A program made the translations under genes and the position numbers. Shown here in pieces: positions 10,468 through 19,531 of a stretch of 64,000 nt of DNA; the first letter of the stretch is position 1; each line of letters opens with the position of its first letter. The notes beneath the pieces are model-generated. The model saw nothing but the letters and a program-made list of their open reading frames with translations. It was not told the origin of the DNA and did not search any database. The DNA lies in IMG/VR virus record IMGVR_UViG_3300028364_000014, positions 124,001-188,000 of that record. One strand, given 5' to 3'.

Positions 10468-11859
10468 ATGAGAACATTAGAAGCTTTATGTAAACTTAAT
10501 GATACAAAGGCTGAGGTGTATCTTGTTGGGGGCTTCGTTAGAGATTTCATAAGAAGAAAGAAAAATAAAGACCTAGATATAGTAGTACGCTATATGGCAT
10601 TGTCTCAAATTTCTGACTTTTTAAGTACACACGGTAAAGTAAAAGAATTAATAATACATCGTAATCATGGACCAAAAGCTGACCCAATTAAATTTTTGTC
10701 TTTTTTCGGAAGTGATGGTGTAGAAGCTCAAATTACAACTGTGAAGGGTTCCGGTGAAGATCGAAACCCAAATGCGACGCTAAAACAAGACGGAAAACAT
10801 AGAGATTTTACAATAAATTCAATGTATCTTCCTGTTAATAATATAACATCAAAAGCAGTTATTGATCATTTTGGTGGAAAAAACGATATTGCTGCAAAAC
10901 AAGTCTTAACCGTAGGATCAGCAAAAGCAAAATTTGTAAAATCTCCAATTCGTATATTACGAGCATTTTCCATAGCCGCTCGAACAGGCTACAACATACA
11001 TGATCATGTTAAAGTAGCCATAAGTGCAAATGTACATCTATTAGCCGGAGTGCCTATGGAGGCTATTAGGGCTGAATTTGAGGACATACTTTTAAGTGCT
11101 AAACCATCAAAATATTTTAAAATGATGCAAAAACTTGGGGTATTAAAAATGATACTTCCAGAGCTAGAAGCTACTGTAGACTGCAAACAAGACAAAAGAT
11201 ACCATAAATACAACGTATTTGAACACTTGTTATACTCATGTGATAATATCGAGCCAGATTTAATTTTACGTTTAGCAGCAATTCTACATGATATTGGAAA
11301 GCCTGCTTCACGAAATAAAATTAATAATCACGTTACCTTCTATAAACATGAGGTTTATGGGGCTAGACTAGCTCGCGTTATACTTAAACGATTAAGGTAC
11401 GACAAGGTAACTATCAACAAAGTAACTCATTTAGTAAGAATGCATATGTACCACTATACCAGAGAATTTACTGATGCAGCTGTACGTAGATTCATTGTAA
11501 ATGCAGGTATTACTAAAGATAATATAGAAAATTTGGCGGATCTTCCATTATTTAAAGTAAGAGCAGCAGAACGGCTTGGAAATGGGTTTAAGAAAACCAA
11601 AAAAACCCAAAAGCAGTATGATTATGAGGATAGAATTAAATCAGTGTTTGAATCTAGTGCTGGATTCTCTATAAATGATTTAGCTATTGACGGTAATGAC
11701 CTAATGGACACTTTTAGTATGCCTCCTGGTAGAAATATCGGAGAACTTTTAAAGTATTTACTTAGTCTTGTAATGAGTACACCGGATATTAATAATAAAA
11801 AAGATCTTCTTAGGGCATCACTTGAATTTATTATAAATGAAAAAGAAAAACATGAATAA
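10468..11859 (+). CDS. cca: CCA tRNA nucleotidyltransferase with HD domain
   Basis: YLVGGFVRD, DLDIVV, RDFTINSM and IRILRAF motifs, plus H..HDIGK and HM HD-domain residues. Confidence 0.9.
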   Translation: MRTLEALCKLNDTKAEVYLVGGFVRDFIRRKKNKDLDIVVRYMALSQISDFLSTHGKVKELIIHRNHGPKADPIKFLSFFGSDGVEAQITTVKGSGEDRNPNATLKQDGKHRDFTINSMYLPVNNITSKAVIDHFGGKNDIAAKQVLTVGSAKAKFVKSPIRILRAFSIAARTGYNIHDHVKVAISANVHLLAGVPMEAIRAEFEDILLSAKPSKYFKMMQKLGVLKMILPELEATVDCKQDKRYHKYNVFEHLLYSCDNIEPDLILRLAAILHDIGKPASRNKINNHVTFYKHEVYGARLARVILKRLRYDKVTINKVTHLVRMHMYHYTREFTDAAVRRFIVNAGITKDNIENLADLPLFKVRAAERLGNGFKKTKKTQKQYDYEDRIKSVFESSAGFSINDLAIDGNDLMDTFSMPPGRNIGELLKYLLSLVMSTPDINNKKDLLRASLEFIINEKEKHE

Positions 11860-11960
11860 TGAGCATTCAAAAAATATTAAAAACGATAAAAATATCAGAA
11901 AAAACTTCAATAGCTATTGATGTGATTCTTAGTAAGATTAGAGATGGTATTTTTGAAGAT

Positions 11961-12443
11961 GGGAGGTAGGAGTTTGACGATCATTGTAACGCTTGTTACA
12001 GTGTTTATATAGAGTAAATATGAAAACTCTGTGGTTCCAGGCTATCAACAAGTAGGGTTCCGAAAAGGAATTGCAAACGTGTTCGCCTATAGTAACTAAA
12101 CATTAAAGCATATACCAGGAATTGATGCGGTATCAGCTAATGTAACTGATTAGGGAAATAACTTTTAGGGGTTTTAGTTGACACATCCTCTTGACAGCAA
12201 AAATTCAACTCCGATCTTTTTATTAGAAGCTCATCTGCAATAATAAAATAATACATTAGCACATATACGAAGTAAAGTTCAAATCTTACTAATGTTTGAG
12301 AATTTCATGTTTTCTTGATAAAGATAAACAGAGGTTAAATTAGAAATCTTTATCTAAAAGCACGGAGGGAAGTCCAAAGGGACGTTATTATATAGATGGG
12401 ATACCTCATTGATATAATAAGTGGTTCGAATCCACACCTCCGA
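11961..12443 (+). ncRNA. tmRNA-like RNA (atypical)
   Basis: 5' GGGAGGTAGGAGTTTGAC resembles a tmRNA 5' end. The 3' GTGG-TTCGAAT-CCAC T-arm is followed by ACCTCC, which pairs with GGAGGT. Internal GCA AAC GTG TTC GCC TAT AGT AAC TAA (12073-12099) would encode the tag ANVFAYSN. No G3:U70 pair. Confidence 0.55.
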
Positions 12444-12698
12444 TAAGGTACTTATAAATTATAAAATACGTTATATAAAAACTGAACAATCGCCGTTACA
12501 CTGCACAGACTATTATAGTCAATAAGTCAGTAAAAACCGCTACTTCTGTCACTGTATATAAAATTTTATAACTTGAATCTTAAGTTCGAGTGGGTTAGGG
12601 GTGGGAAATTATAAGTTATCTTAAAAGTGAGTACAATTGGTTTTGTATTTATTTCTCCTTGATTAAAGCAAAGAGTTGTCATGGGCTCTTTGCAAACA

Positions 12699-12766
12699 GT
12701 AAAGACTGACTTGTTTTGGGTTATCATACTGGATTAGTACTCCCTAAAACTATTACTTGTCTTTAC
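12699..12766 (+). ncRNA. Degenerate copy of the recurring CGAA/ACUU stem-loop motif
   Basis: gtaaagac/gtctttac stem with TTATC and ACTT elements; TGAC replaces CGAA. Confidence 0.45.
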
Positions 12767-12874
12767 ATAAGCTAAATACAAGCTTATTTTCTCCTTAAAT
12801 TGTATAGTAAGGTAATTGGGTTGGCTAATTACCTTACATAAGTAACTTAAACCTTTAATAGTTGAGGAATTCGT

Positions 12875-13291
12875 ATGATAGAGAATTTACCATTTCTTTT
12901 TGATTCAGATAAAGATAGTCCTTTCGATGATTGCTCTATGGCAGAAGATAATCTAAATAACCATGATCCTGACTTGTTTCAAGATTATGACACCTTGGAG
13001 TATGAAAACATCTATGATGATTGGGGAATAATTGACCCAATTAAAGATGGAATAAGACGAGGGGTTGACCGGGTAGGTGGTGAAGATTTCATGAAATATG
13101 TTATGCCATTTGCAGAAACAATGGCTGATTATAGCTCAGAAATCCTTAAAACTCAGTCAGAAGATAAACAACTTAAGTCAATGCATGAGGAATTGACAGA
13201 AAATCGGAAAGAGTCTTTACCAAAAAGATCTTTTGAGCGGTTAGTATCAAAAGTAATTTCTGGTGAAATAAAACGTAATAATGTCAATTAG
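12875..13291 (+). CDS. Hypothetical acidic protein
   Basis: ORF with GAGG RBS. Confidence 0.65.
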   Translation: MIENLPFLFDSDKDSPFDDCSMAEDNLNNHDPDLFQDYDTLEYENIYDDWGIIDPIKDGIRRGVDRVGGEDFMKYVMPFAETMADYSSEILKTQSEDKQLKSMHEELTENRKESLPKRSFERLVSKVISGEIKRNNVN

Positions 13292-13307
13292 TTAATAAAG
13301 GTAAGAA

Positions 13308-14075
13308 ATGAAGAACTTATCAATGATTGGTAGACCTGGTTCTAAATCCGTAAAAAATATAGTTAAAATTACTGGAATTCCAAAATACAGGAAGACTGCT
13401 AAAGTTCTTATTAATTATGGGTTGGCTGGTAAAAAAATGGAACAGTTTATTAGAAACTTCCCATCAGCTAGAGGAAAATATTTTATCAACCAGTATGTTG
13501 GATGTTCAAAATATAAAGCGGTGAAGGAAGCTGAAAAGCAAAAAATCAAAGTTCCAAAAACCTATATGGTACTTCCAAATTTTGTAGAAAGTTCTAACTT
13601 TCTTACCAAAAGATTACATTCCCAAGGTGGAATAGGTATTGCCAAAGTAATAGGTAAGACCAAAAAAAACAATGAGTATTTTCAAGAATTTATTAGTGAT
13701 CGTAGATATGAATTACGTGTTCATGCCTTCGCATGGATTCCCCAAGAAGAATGGGTTTTACAAAAACGTTTTGGGCTACCAAATGAAATTGCTTGGAATT
13801 TTCATAATGGTGGTAGATTTCAATCTATTAAAAGCACTAATGGTTATAATTTATTTAAAAAAGCTAAAGAAATTTCACAAAAGATTCTTAAAATACGAAA
13901 AATGGCATTTGGTGCTGTAGATTTAATAGTAAATTCTTCTGGGGAGATATATTTTATTGAAATTAATTCCGCTCCTGGGTTTACTGGATTAAGTCAACCA
14001 ATTTATGTAAACGCTTTTAATAAATTAAAATCTATGGCAGAAAATGATGTTTTGAAGTTGTGCAATAAAAGGTAA
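13308..14075 (+). CDS. Second ATP-grasp ligase (RimK-like)
   Basis: KRLHSQGGIG, YFQEFI...YELRVH and AFGAVDLI...YFIEINSAPG. Confidence 0.85.
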   Translation: MKNLSMIGRPGSKSVKNIVKITGIPKYRKTAKVLINYGLAGKKMEQFIRNFPSARGKYFINQYVGCSKYKAVKEAEKQKIKVPKTYMVLPNFVESSNFLTKRLHSQGGIGIAKVIGKTKKNNEYFQEFISDRRYELRVHAFAWIPQEEWVLQKRFGLPNEIAWNFHNGGRFQSIKSTNGYNLFKKAKEISQKILKIRKMAFGAVDLIVNSSGEIYFIEINSAPGFTGLSQPIYVNAFNKLKSMAENDVLKLCNKR

Positions 14076-14080
14076 AAGAT

Positions 14081-14851
14081 ATGATATATGATTATGGTAG
14101 AATAATTAAACCTCCAAGATCAAAACATTGTTATAAAATTAATTTTGGTATGTCTCTATTGTCTATAAAAGACGAACAAATTTGTCGTTTTGTTTCTTGT
14201 AAAGACCGTCTTCAAGATTATTTTAAAACAACATATTACAAGGAACGTGAAAAAGATGATTATCACTCATTTTTTCCAGAAAATGAAGACCCTTTTCCTT
14301 GTACTGAAAAACTAAAACTATTGTTACTACTTGACACCACTAAACACACTGTCAGAGAGTTTTCTGGGGCATTAGATAATTGGCATGTGATTGAAGATTT
14401 TGCAGGTATTGAAAGAACTAAGTCCGAATTAGTGAAATACGATAATACCTCTAAAATAGGAAAAGAAAAACTAGTATTGCTAACTGGCGATAAAATGTAT
14501 ACAAAAAAACTACAGCTACTATCAGCAATGACTTTATTTTTAAGATTTGGGTTTTTTAATCCTACATTTAGTATAAAAAGTATAAAAGATTTAAATACTT
14601 CATTTAAAGAAGTAATACATAACAACAAAGCTTATGAAGTTAAAGATAAATATCATATGGGAGCAGTTATCAACTTAATACCTTCTATTTTTAAAAATAA
14701 AGATGAGTTATTTGAAGGGCTTGTTGAATCTGATCTATTTCCTTTAGGAAATCCTTTAATGTTTCATTCACGTTCTGGTATCGTCGCTTTGTGTGAAGAA
14801 ACAAGTGTCGTTAAGGAATTAAATACCAGGATGTGTAATTTAAAAAAGTAA
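14081..14851 (+). CDS. Hypothetical protein coupled to the ATP-grasp gene
   Basis: Starts 5 nt after the ATP-grasp stop; 256 aa. Confidence 0.7.
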   Translation: MIYDYGRIIKPPRSKHCYKINFGMSLLSIKDEQICRFVSCKDRLQDYFKTTYYKEREKDDYHSFFPENEDPFPCTEKLKLLLLLDTTKHTVREFSGALDNWHVIEDFAGIERTKSELVKYDNTSKIGKEKLVLLTGDKMYTKKLQLLSAMTLFLRFGFFNPTFSIKSIKDLNTSFKEVIHNNKAYEVKDKYHMGAVINLIPSIFKNKDELFEGLVESDLFPLGNPLMFHSRSGIVALCEETSVVKELNTRMCNLKK

Positions 14852-15009
14852 TTTGTAGTATTTCGATTAGTTACTAGATATAATACCACTAAAAATATAG
14901 GTATTAATTCTTTGATAACTAGTTTTAAACGCAAGAGGCCATACATGGTATGAGCCGATTGTTAAGATTTAATTCTTTGTTATTAATTAATAACACTGAT
15001 AACCTTGAA

Positions 15010-15120
15010 TTAGATGAGAGCGCGTGGGTTGGTGGGTGGGCGAGCCGGTGCCGGAGGCGGTAAATCCTTCGGCTTATTAAAAGCTTCATGAGAAGCAAAC
15101 GCATAAAGCGTGGTAGACAT
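15010..15120 (-). CDS. 36-aa proline-rich peptide (MSTTLYAFASHEAFNKPKDLPPPAPARPPTNPRALI)
   Basis: AAGGAGG RBS 6 nt before the ATG on the - strand; accounts for the local G-richness of the + strand. Below the ORF-track length cutoff. Confidence 0.65.
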   Translation of the reverse strand: MSTTLYAFASHEAFNKPKDLPPPAPARPPTNPRALI

Positions 15121-15140
15121 AACTAACCTCCTTTTGATGA

Positions 15141-15180
15141 GGGAGCTAAGATTATATTACAATTTTAGCTCCCATTTTTT
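15141..15180 (+). terminator. Intrinsic terminator
   Basis: GGGAGCTAA...TTAGCTCCC hairpin followed by a T-tract. Confidence 0.7.
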
Positions 15181-15208
15181 TATCTTATTTTATTAATTTG
15201 TATACACT

Positions 15209-15292
15209 AGTGAAAAACCGAATACAATGGGTTATCAAAATCCGGTCTTAAGAACCAGATCTCTATCCACTGTAATACACTTGTTTTTCACT
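15209..15292 (+). ncRNA. Recurring CGAA/ACUU structured RNA motif
   Basis: agtgaaaaac-CGAA-tacaatgg-gTTATC...ccactgta-ATAC-ACTT-gtttttcact; 10-bp P1. Confidence 0.7.
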
Positions 15293-15325
15293 ATATATAT
15301 TTAATTTTTGTAAAATTTATTGCCG

Positions 15326-15402
15326 GGCTAATTAACTCAATAGGTAGAGTATAAGGTTTAAAAAAAATCTTAATGTTTCTGGTTCAAATCCAGAATTAGC
15401 CA
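15326..15402 (+). tRNA. tRNA-like gene/pseudo-tRNA with an 11-nt A-rich anticodon loop
   Basis: GGCTAAT/ATTAGCC acceptor, D-arm and GGTTCAAATCC T-arm are intact; loop reads TTTAAAAAAAA. Confidence 0.6.
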
Positions 15403-15443
15403 CAATATAATAATAAACTTATCTTTAATTATGGAATTAAATT

Positions 15444-16067
15444 ATGAGAATAGACGAAAAAGGGTTTTTAGTTTTTGACGTCGAAACTTCTGGACTTTAT
15501 AATAACGATTATCCAGCATATGACAAACAACAAGCTTGGATTGTTCAATTTGCTGGGCAAATTCTTGATAACAACTTAAAACTAGTAAGAGAAATTTCTT
15601 TATTACTTAAACCACCTTTTCCTGATGCAGTAATAGAAGAGAAAGCCGAAGAAACACACGGTATATCTCTGGCTGAGTGTTGGAAAGATGGAGTAAGTCC
15701 AGGAAAAGTACGATTATTTCTTAAACCGGTATTTGAAGGTAAATTAAGACTAGTAGGACATAACGTCAATTTTGATAGTAAGTTCTTACATAGATTTACT
15801 GCCAACAAAGCTGAAAGAGCGCAATTAATTGAAGCCTTCAAACAAGGTATTTGTACTATGCGTTCTGGTACTAGTATATGTAAATTACCACCAACTAAGG
15901 CAATGCTTAAGTATAAAAATCTTAAGTATAAAAATCCAAAACTAGAAGAGTTACATGAGTTCTTATTCAATGAGAAATTTGTTGGTGCCCATGATGCTCT
16001 CAATGATGTTAAAGCCACAGTACGTTGCCTACGTGAGATGATAAAAAGGGGTGCGATAAGGCTTTAG
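15444..16067 (+). CDS. DEDDh 3'-5' exonuclease (DnaQ-like)
   Basis: FDVETSG, GHNVNFD and HDALNDV. Confidence 0.9.
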   Translation: MRIDEKGFLVFDVETSGLYNNDYPAYDKQQAWIVQFAGQILDNNLKLVREISLLLKPPFPDAVIEEKAEETHGISLAECWKDGVSPGKVRLFLKPVFEGKLRLVGHNVNFDSKFLHRFTANKAERAQLIEAFKQGICTMRSGTSICKLPPTKAMLKYKNLKYKNPKLEELHEFLFNEKFVGAHDALNDVKATVRCLREMIKRGAIRL

Positions 16068-16075
16068 GAGTTATT

Positions 16076-16222
16076 ATGAAATGTATTAAAAACACAAAAG
16101 GAAAGGTAATTAGAGTTACCAACTTACTTGCCGAAGAACGCGTAGATTCTGGAGATTATAAGTACTGCGGTAAAGCAGAATGGAAGAAACAATCTAAAAA
16201 GAAAGCTTCTGTATCAATCTAA
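16076..16222 (+). CDS. Small basic hypothetical protein (48 aa)
   Basis: AGGAG RBS; MKCIKNTKGKVIRV...EWKKQ. Confidence 0.55.
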   Translation: MKCIKNTKGKVIRVTNLLAEERVDSGDYKYCGKAEWKKQSKKKASVSI

Positions 16223-16284
16223 AGTAGAAGCTCTCCTATCGTGGTCGGACTCTTCTTTAGAGTTCAGAAATAAAATTGAATAAT

Positions 16285-16362
16285 GTCCGTATAGCTCAAT
16301 CTGAATAGAGCAATGACCTTCTAAGTCGTAGATTTTCGGAGGTTCGAATCCTCCTGCGGATA
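16285..16362 (+). tRNA. tRNA-Arg(TCT)
   Basis: Full cloverleaf; anticodon loop CTTCTAA. Confidence 0.9.
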
Positions 16363-16374
16363 CAAGGAAAAATC

Positions 16375-16599
16375 ATGAAAGAATACAAATTAGATTTACA
16401 TGGTGTTAGACATGTAAATGCTAGGCAATTAGTAATCTCTCTCATAGAAAAGTATTGGAATGTACAAGCAGAGTTAAAAATTATCACCGGTAACAGTTTG
16501 AAAATGAAAGGTATAGTTATAAAAGTAATTAAAGAATATGATCTACCTTATCAAGTAAGTGAAATGTGCAGGGGATTTTTAATTACTTGGACGGGATAA
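16375..16599 (+). CDS. Stand-alone Smr-domain protein
   Basis: LDLHG and IITG motifs in 74 aa. Confidence 0.65.
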   Translation: MKEYKLDLHGVRHVNARQLVISLIEKYWNVQAELKIITGNSLKMKGIVIKVIKEYDLPYQVSEMCRGFLITWTG

Positions 16600-16612
16600 A
16601 GGAACTTATACA

Positions 16613-17278
16613 ATGAACAGACCAATAATTGATTATAATACAACGGATGTTAGAATAATAAAACATAACGCATTACGTGCAGCCCTTAGAGGTGATGATG
16701 CTATGATGAATTGCACTACTTACATTGATACACATGCTGGACCCGGATGCCATAACAACTGTCCAGGTTCTCCGATGATTGCAAGTGACCATTTTAATGA
16801 ATTATTTTTATATGAAAATAATCCCGAAGATTTTAATAAATTAAAAAGAAACATGAAAGCTGGTTGTATTCTTAGAGAAGCCGATGGGTTTAAGTCGTAT
16901 TGCTATTCTGATAAGAAAACGTTCGTTTTCATGGACCCTCCATTCAAATCTATTAGAGATTATTTTAAAGTAGCAAACTATTTGCAGACTGTCCCTGGGA
17001 TAGGTGCTCTTATGCTTATGTATCCTGTTAGTGCCTTTTTTCCTATTGAAGATTTTCATTGTATGTTACAAAGACAAATAGGGGGTGTAAATTTCTTAAT
17101 AAAAAAAGCAAGAGTATCTGAAACGAAATATTATTGTATGTTTTCTTCAGATGTTTCGGTAATACCGGCATGGAAAGACATCCTTGATCATTCTAGTTTA
17201 ATTGACACTTATAGTATGCAAAATCATATTGGGGATTATTTATTTAAAAAAAGGAAACAAAATCAAAGTGGATACTAA
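16613..17278 (+). CDS. RlmJ-like adenine-N6 methyltransferase
   Basis: DVRIIKH...YIDTHAGPG, FMDPPF..RDY and LMYPV parallel the RlmJ motifs DVLKH, YLDTHAGAG, IDPPYE..DY and LWYPV. Confidence 0.7.
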   Translation: MNRPIIDYNTTDVRIIKHNALRAALRGDDAMMNCTTYIDTHAGPGCHNNCPGSPMIASDHFNELFLYENNPEDFNKLKRNMKAGCILREADGFKSYCYSDKKTFVFMDPPFKSIRDYFKVANYLQTVPGIGALMLMYPVSAFFPIEDFHCMLQRQIGGVNFLIKKARVSETKYYCMFSSDVSVIPAWKDILDHSSLIDTYSMQNHIGDYLFKKRKQNQSGY

Positions 17279-17457
17279 TAAATTAATAAATTTGATTTTA
17301 TATGGAGATGTTCATGAAACCCCTTTAAATATACTTGGTAATTTATATAAAGTCAACACTAGTGTGGTTTTTGATGATGAACAAAATACGAGATTAGCTA
17401 TTGCAGCTACACTAAAAGATCTAATCACTAAAGGAGAACTTAAAATTAGTTAAAATA

Positions 17458-17718
17458 ATGAAAAAATATTCTAAAAGAGTGTGGTTAAATCCAAAAACGT
17501 CACCGTCTACAGGAAGCATTGTTGCGTATAGGGGTCCTGCCCATTGGGTAGACCCTAAAAAAGTACAAATTCCATATACATTTCTTGAAATAGCGGATTG
17601 TCAAGTTAAAGTAAGACTTCATATGACTAAAACCGATTCCCATAGAGATTTTATTAATAAATTAGAAAAACTTGGAAATACGGCTCTTGAATTTGCAGAA
17701 TTTTTAAAAAAAATTTAA
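17458..17718 (+). CDS. Hypothetical protein
   Basis: ORF track; plausible phage protein. Confidence 0.55.
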   Translation: MKKYSKRVWLNPKTSPSTGSIVAYRGPAHWVDPKKVQIPYTFLEIADCQVKVRLHMTKTDSHRDFINKLEKLGNTALEFAEFLKKI

Positions 17719-17790
17719 GAAATAATTAACTAACTTCCTTATAATAATGAGACGAGTTTATTAATTTTCTTGTATTATAAAAAATTAAAT

Positions 17791-17856
17791 GTAAAGACCG
17801 AATTTCTATGGCTTATCAATTGGTGAAAATACCATGGATGATAAACTTGTCTTTAC
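17791..17856 (+). ncRNA. Recurring CGAA/ACUU motif, copy 1 of a tandem pair
   Basis: gtaaagac-CGAA-tttctatgg-cTTATC...ccatggatg-ATAA-ACTT-gtctttac. Confidence 0.7.
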
Positions 17857-17861
17857 AAACG

Positions 17862-17924
17862 CAAGGACCGAAGCATCTGGTTCATCCTTTTAAGATAATA
17901 CACCAGAAGCACCACTTGTCCTTG
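17862..17924 (+). ncRNA. Recurring CGAA/ACUU motif, copy 2 of a tandem pair, abutting tRNA-Thr
   Basis: caaggac-CGAA-gcatctgg-TTCATC...ccagaagc-ACC-ACTT-gtccttg. Confidence 0.7.
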
Positions 17925-17928
17925 TTAT

Positions 17929-18000
17929 GCCTATATAGCTGAGATGGTTTAGCACAGCCCTTGTAAGGCTGAGACGTGGGATCGTGACCTACTATAGGCT
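17929..18000 (+). tRNA. tRNA-Thr(TGT)
   Basis: GCCTATA/TATAGGC acceptor; CAGCC-CTTGTAA-GGCTG anticodon arm; atypical T-loop ATCGTGA. Confidence 0.85.
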
Positions 18001-18032
18001 CAAATATTAAATTTAAAAAAAGGAATTAACTT

Positions 18033-18224
18033 ATGCTTTTTAAAGCACACTTTAAGAAAAGAGATTACTGGACAGTAATGTGTCCTGAGTGCCAATGTTC
18101 TATAGATACTTATAAAGACCCTGAGAACTGTAAGTTTGTTAAATGTAGTTCTTGTGGTCAAATTTACAACTTAGAAAATCCTGCAAAAACAATATTAAAA
18201 ATAGACAATAATAATAATAACTAA
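18033..18224 (+). CDS. Small zinc-ribbon protein
   Basis: CPEC and CSSC pairs. Confidence 0.6.
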   Translation: MLFKAHFKKRDYWTVMCPECQCSIDTYKDPENCKFVKCSSCGQIYNLENPAKTILKIDNNNNN

Positions 18225-18660
18225 CATACTATAAGGTCTTTACTTTCTTGCACTTATAGTTTCTATTAATAACAGCTAAGGAGAATGAAAAATGAAAAAG
18301 TTCACATGGTGGTCACCAGGAGGAGCTACAGCCAAACTTACTGAAAAAGAAAAAATATGGTTAAAAGAGCACCCAGATTGGGAAATAAAATGGACAGCCT
18401 TTTATAGATGTAATTTTTTAAATAACTTGGAAGTGAGACGTTACGATAAGTATATGACTAGTAAAGGGTATATCAAGACAAATTAATATTCTAATAAACT
18501 AACCTATTAATAAGTAAGCACAAATAATTTAATTGGTACATATTAGCAAATATTAAAGGGATAACAGATTATACATAACTTTTTAAATAGTTAAGAATAA
18601 ATAAGATTATTTTAAGGGGAGCAGATGAAAACTTGCTTCCCTTCTTATTTTAATAAATTA

Positions 18661-18732
18661 TTCTCTATAGTGAAATTGGCATCACGTGTGGCTGTTAACC
18701 ACAAATTTCTGGTTCAAATCCAGATAGAGGAG
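18661..18732 (+). tRNA. tRNA-Asn(GTT)
   Basis: Cloverleaf with TGTGG-CTGTTAA-CCACA and G73. Confidence 0.88.
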
Positions 18733-18768
18733 CAAGTAAAGTGTCTTTTAAATAAAAGGATAAATAAG

Positions 18769-18951
18769 ATGAATTTTGAAGCATTAAAACAAGTTATTAC
18801 CTATATAGCTAAAATAACCTGTGTTATTATTGCTATTCCCTTTGTAATTATAATTATTGTTTTAGGATTACTTATGAGTGCGGTAAGTATTACCATTGAA
18901 GCTGGTCAGGAAATAATTAGAGAAATTAAAATTATTATAGAAGACATGTAA
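18769..18951 (+). CDS. Small membrane protein (start corrected to lie downstream of tRNA-Asn)
   Basis: AAGGA RBS before the ATG at 18769; one hydrophobic helix. Confidence 0.55.
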   Translation: MNFEALKQVITYIAKITCVIIAIPFVIIIIVLGLLMSAVSITIEAGQEIIREIKIIIEDM

Positions 18952-18961
18952 AAAATTTAAC

Positions 18962-19033
18962 GCGAGTATAACTCAATTGGTAGAGTGTTGGTTTTCCAAA
19001 TCAATGATCTTGGTTCGAATCCAGGGACTCGCT
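18962..19033 (+). tRNA. tRNA-Gly(TCC)
   Basis: GCGAGT/ACTCGC acceptor, loop TTTCCAA, U73. Confidence 0.85.
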
Positions 19034-19101
19034 CAAAGAGTATAAAGGTTTAATAAAAACCCTCTTGAATTCAATAAAAATGATAATAAGGAGTATTAAA
19101 A

Positions 19102-19449
19102 ATGGTGAACGACGTAAAACAATTTGAAGGAAAAACAGTAAGGGAGCTTAATGATGAGCAGCTTACATCAATAGAGCTTTTGGAAAATGAAGATCGTATT
19201 AAAAACAGTGTTCTTGACCCTAAGTGGCTACATTATGAAACCAGAAAGGATCTTGGGGTACTCTCAGACTTTAAAAACAATCAAGTACTTTGTTTCGAAA
19301 ACGATGAACTTGTTACCGCATTTATTTGTGATGGGCTTCGCTATGCCAGCTTCGATGATAAACTTAATGTAGCGAAGGCTAAAGGGAGTAAAACTACCCA
19401 TGAATATCATTTTGAAAGTGGTGAATACAAGGAGAGTACTATTAAGTAA
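19102..19449 (+). CDS. Hypothetical protein
   Basis: AAGGAG RBS; 115 aa. Confidence 0.65.
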   Translation: MVNDVKQFEGKTVRELNDEQLTSIELLENEDRIKNSVLDPKWLHYETRKDLGVLSDFKNNQVLCFENDELVTAFICDGLRYASFDDKLNVAKAKGSKTTHEYHFESGEYKESTIK

Positions 19450-19457
19450 ATGAAGTA

Positions 19458-19531
19458 CGGGCGGTGACCAAGTCTGGTATGGTACTGGCTTTGGATGCCA
19501 GGAATCGGAGGTTCAAATCCTCTTCGCCCGA
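19458..19531 (+). tRNA. tRNA-Pro(TGG)
   Basis: CGGGCGG/TCGCCCG acceptor; CTGGC-TTTGGAT-GCCAG anticodon arm. Confidence 0.9.

Noticed and set aside
12361-12385. GAGGGAAGTCC resembling the RNase P P4 motif
   Set aside because: No matching 3' P4 strand; it lies inside the tmRNA-like element.
12640-12840. TTCTCCTT anti-Shine-Dalgarno-like elements followed by hairpins
   Set aside because: Only 6-8 nt long in AT-rich DNA with no further shared structure; they may be relic - strand RBSs.
14930-15135. GC-rich stretch as an ncRNA (G-quadruplex, 16S h18-like GTGCC..GCGGTAA, anti-SD ACCTCCTT)
   Set aside because: Better explained by a - strand Pro-rich ORF (15010-15120), whose RBS is the apparent anti-SD and whose Pro codons give the G-runs.
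15326-15402. Expanded anticodon loop as a functional frameshift suppressor
   Set aside because: The extra bases are an A-homopolymer, consistent with decay or a sequencing error.
17791-17924. CGAA motif as an HDV/theta or hairpin ribozyme
   Set aside because: There is no room for P3/L3/P1.1 (HDV), and no N-GUC loop A or loop B (hairpin).
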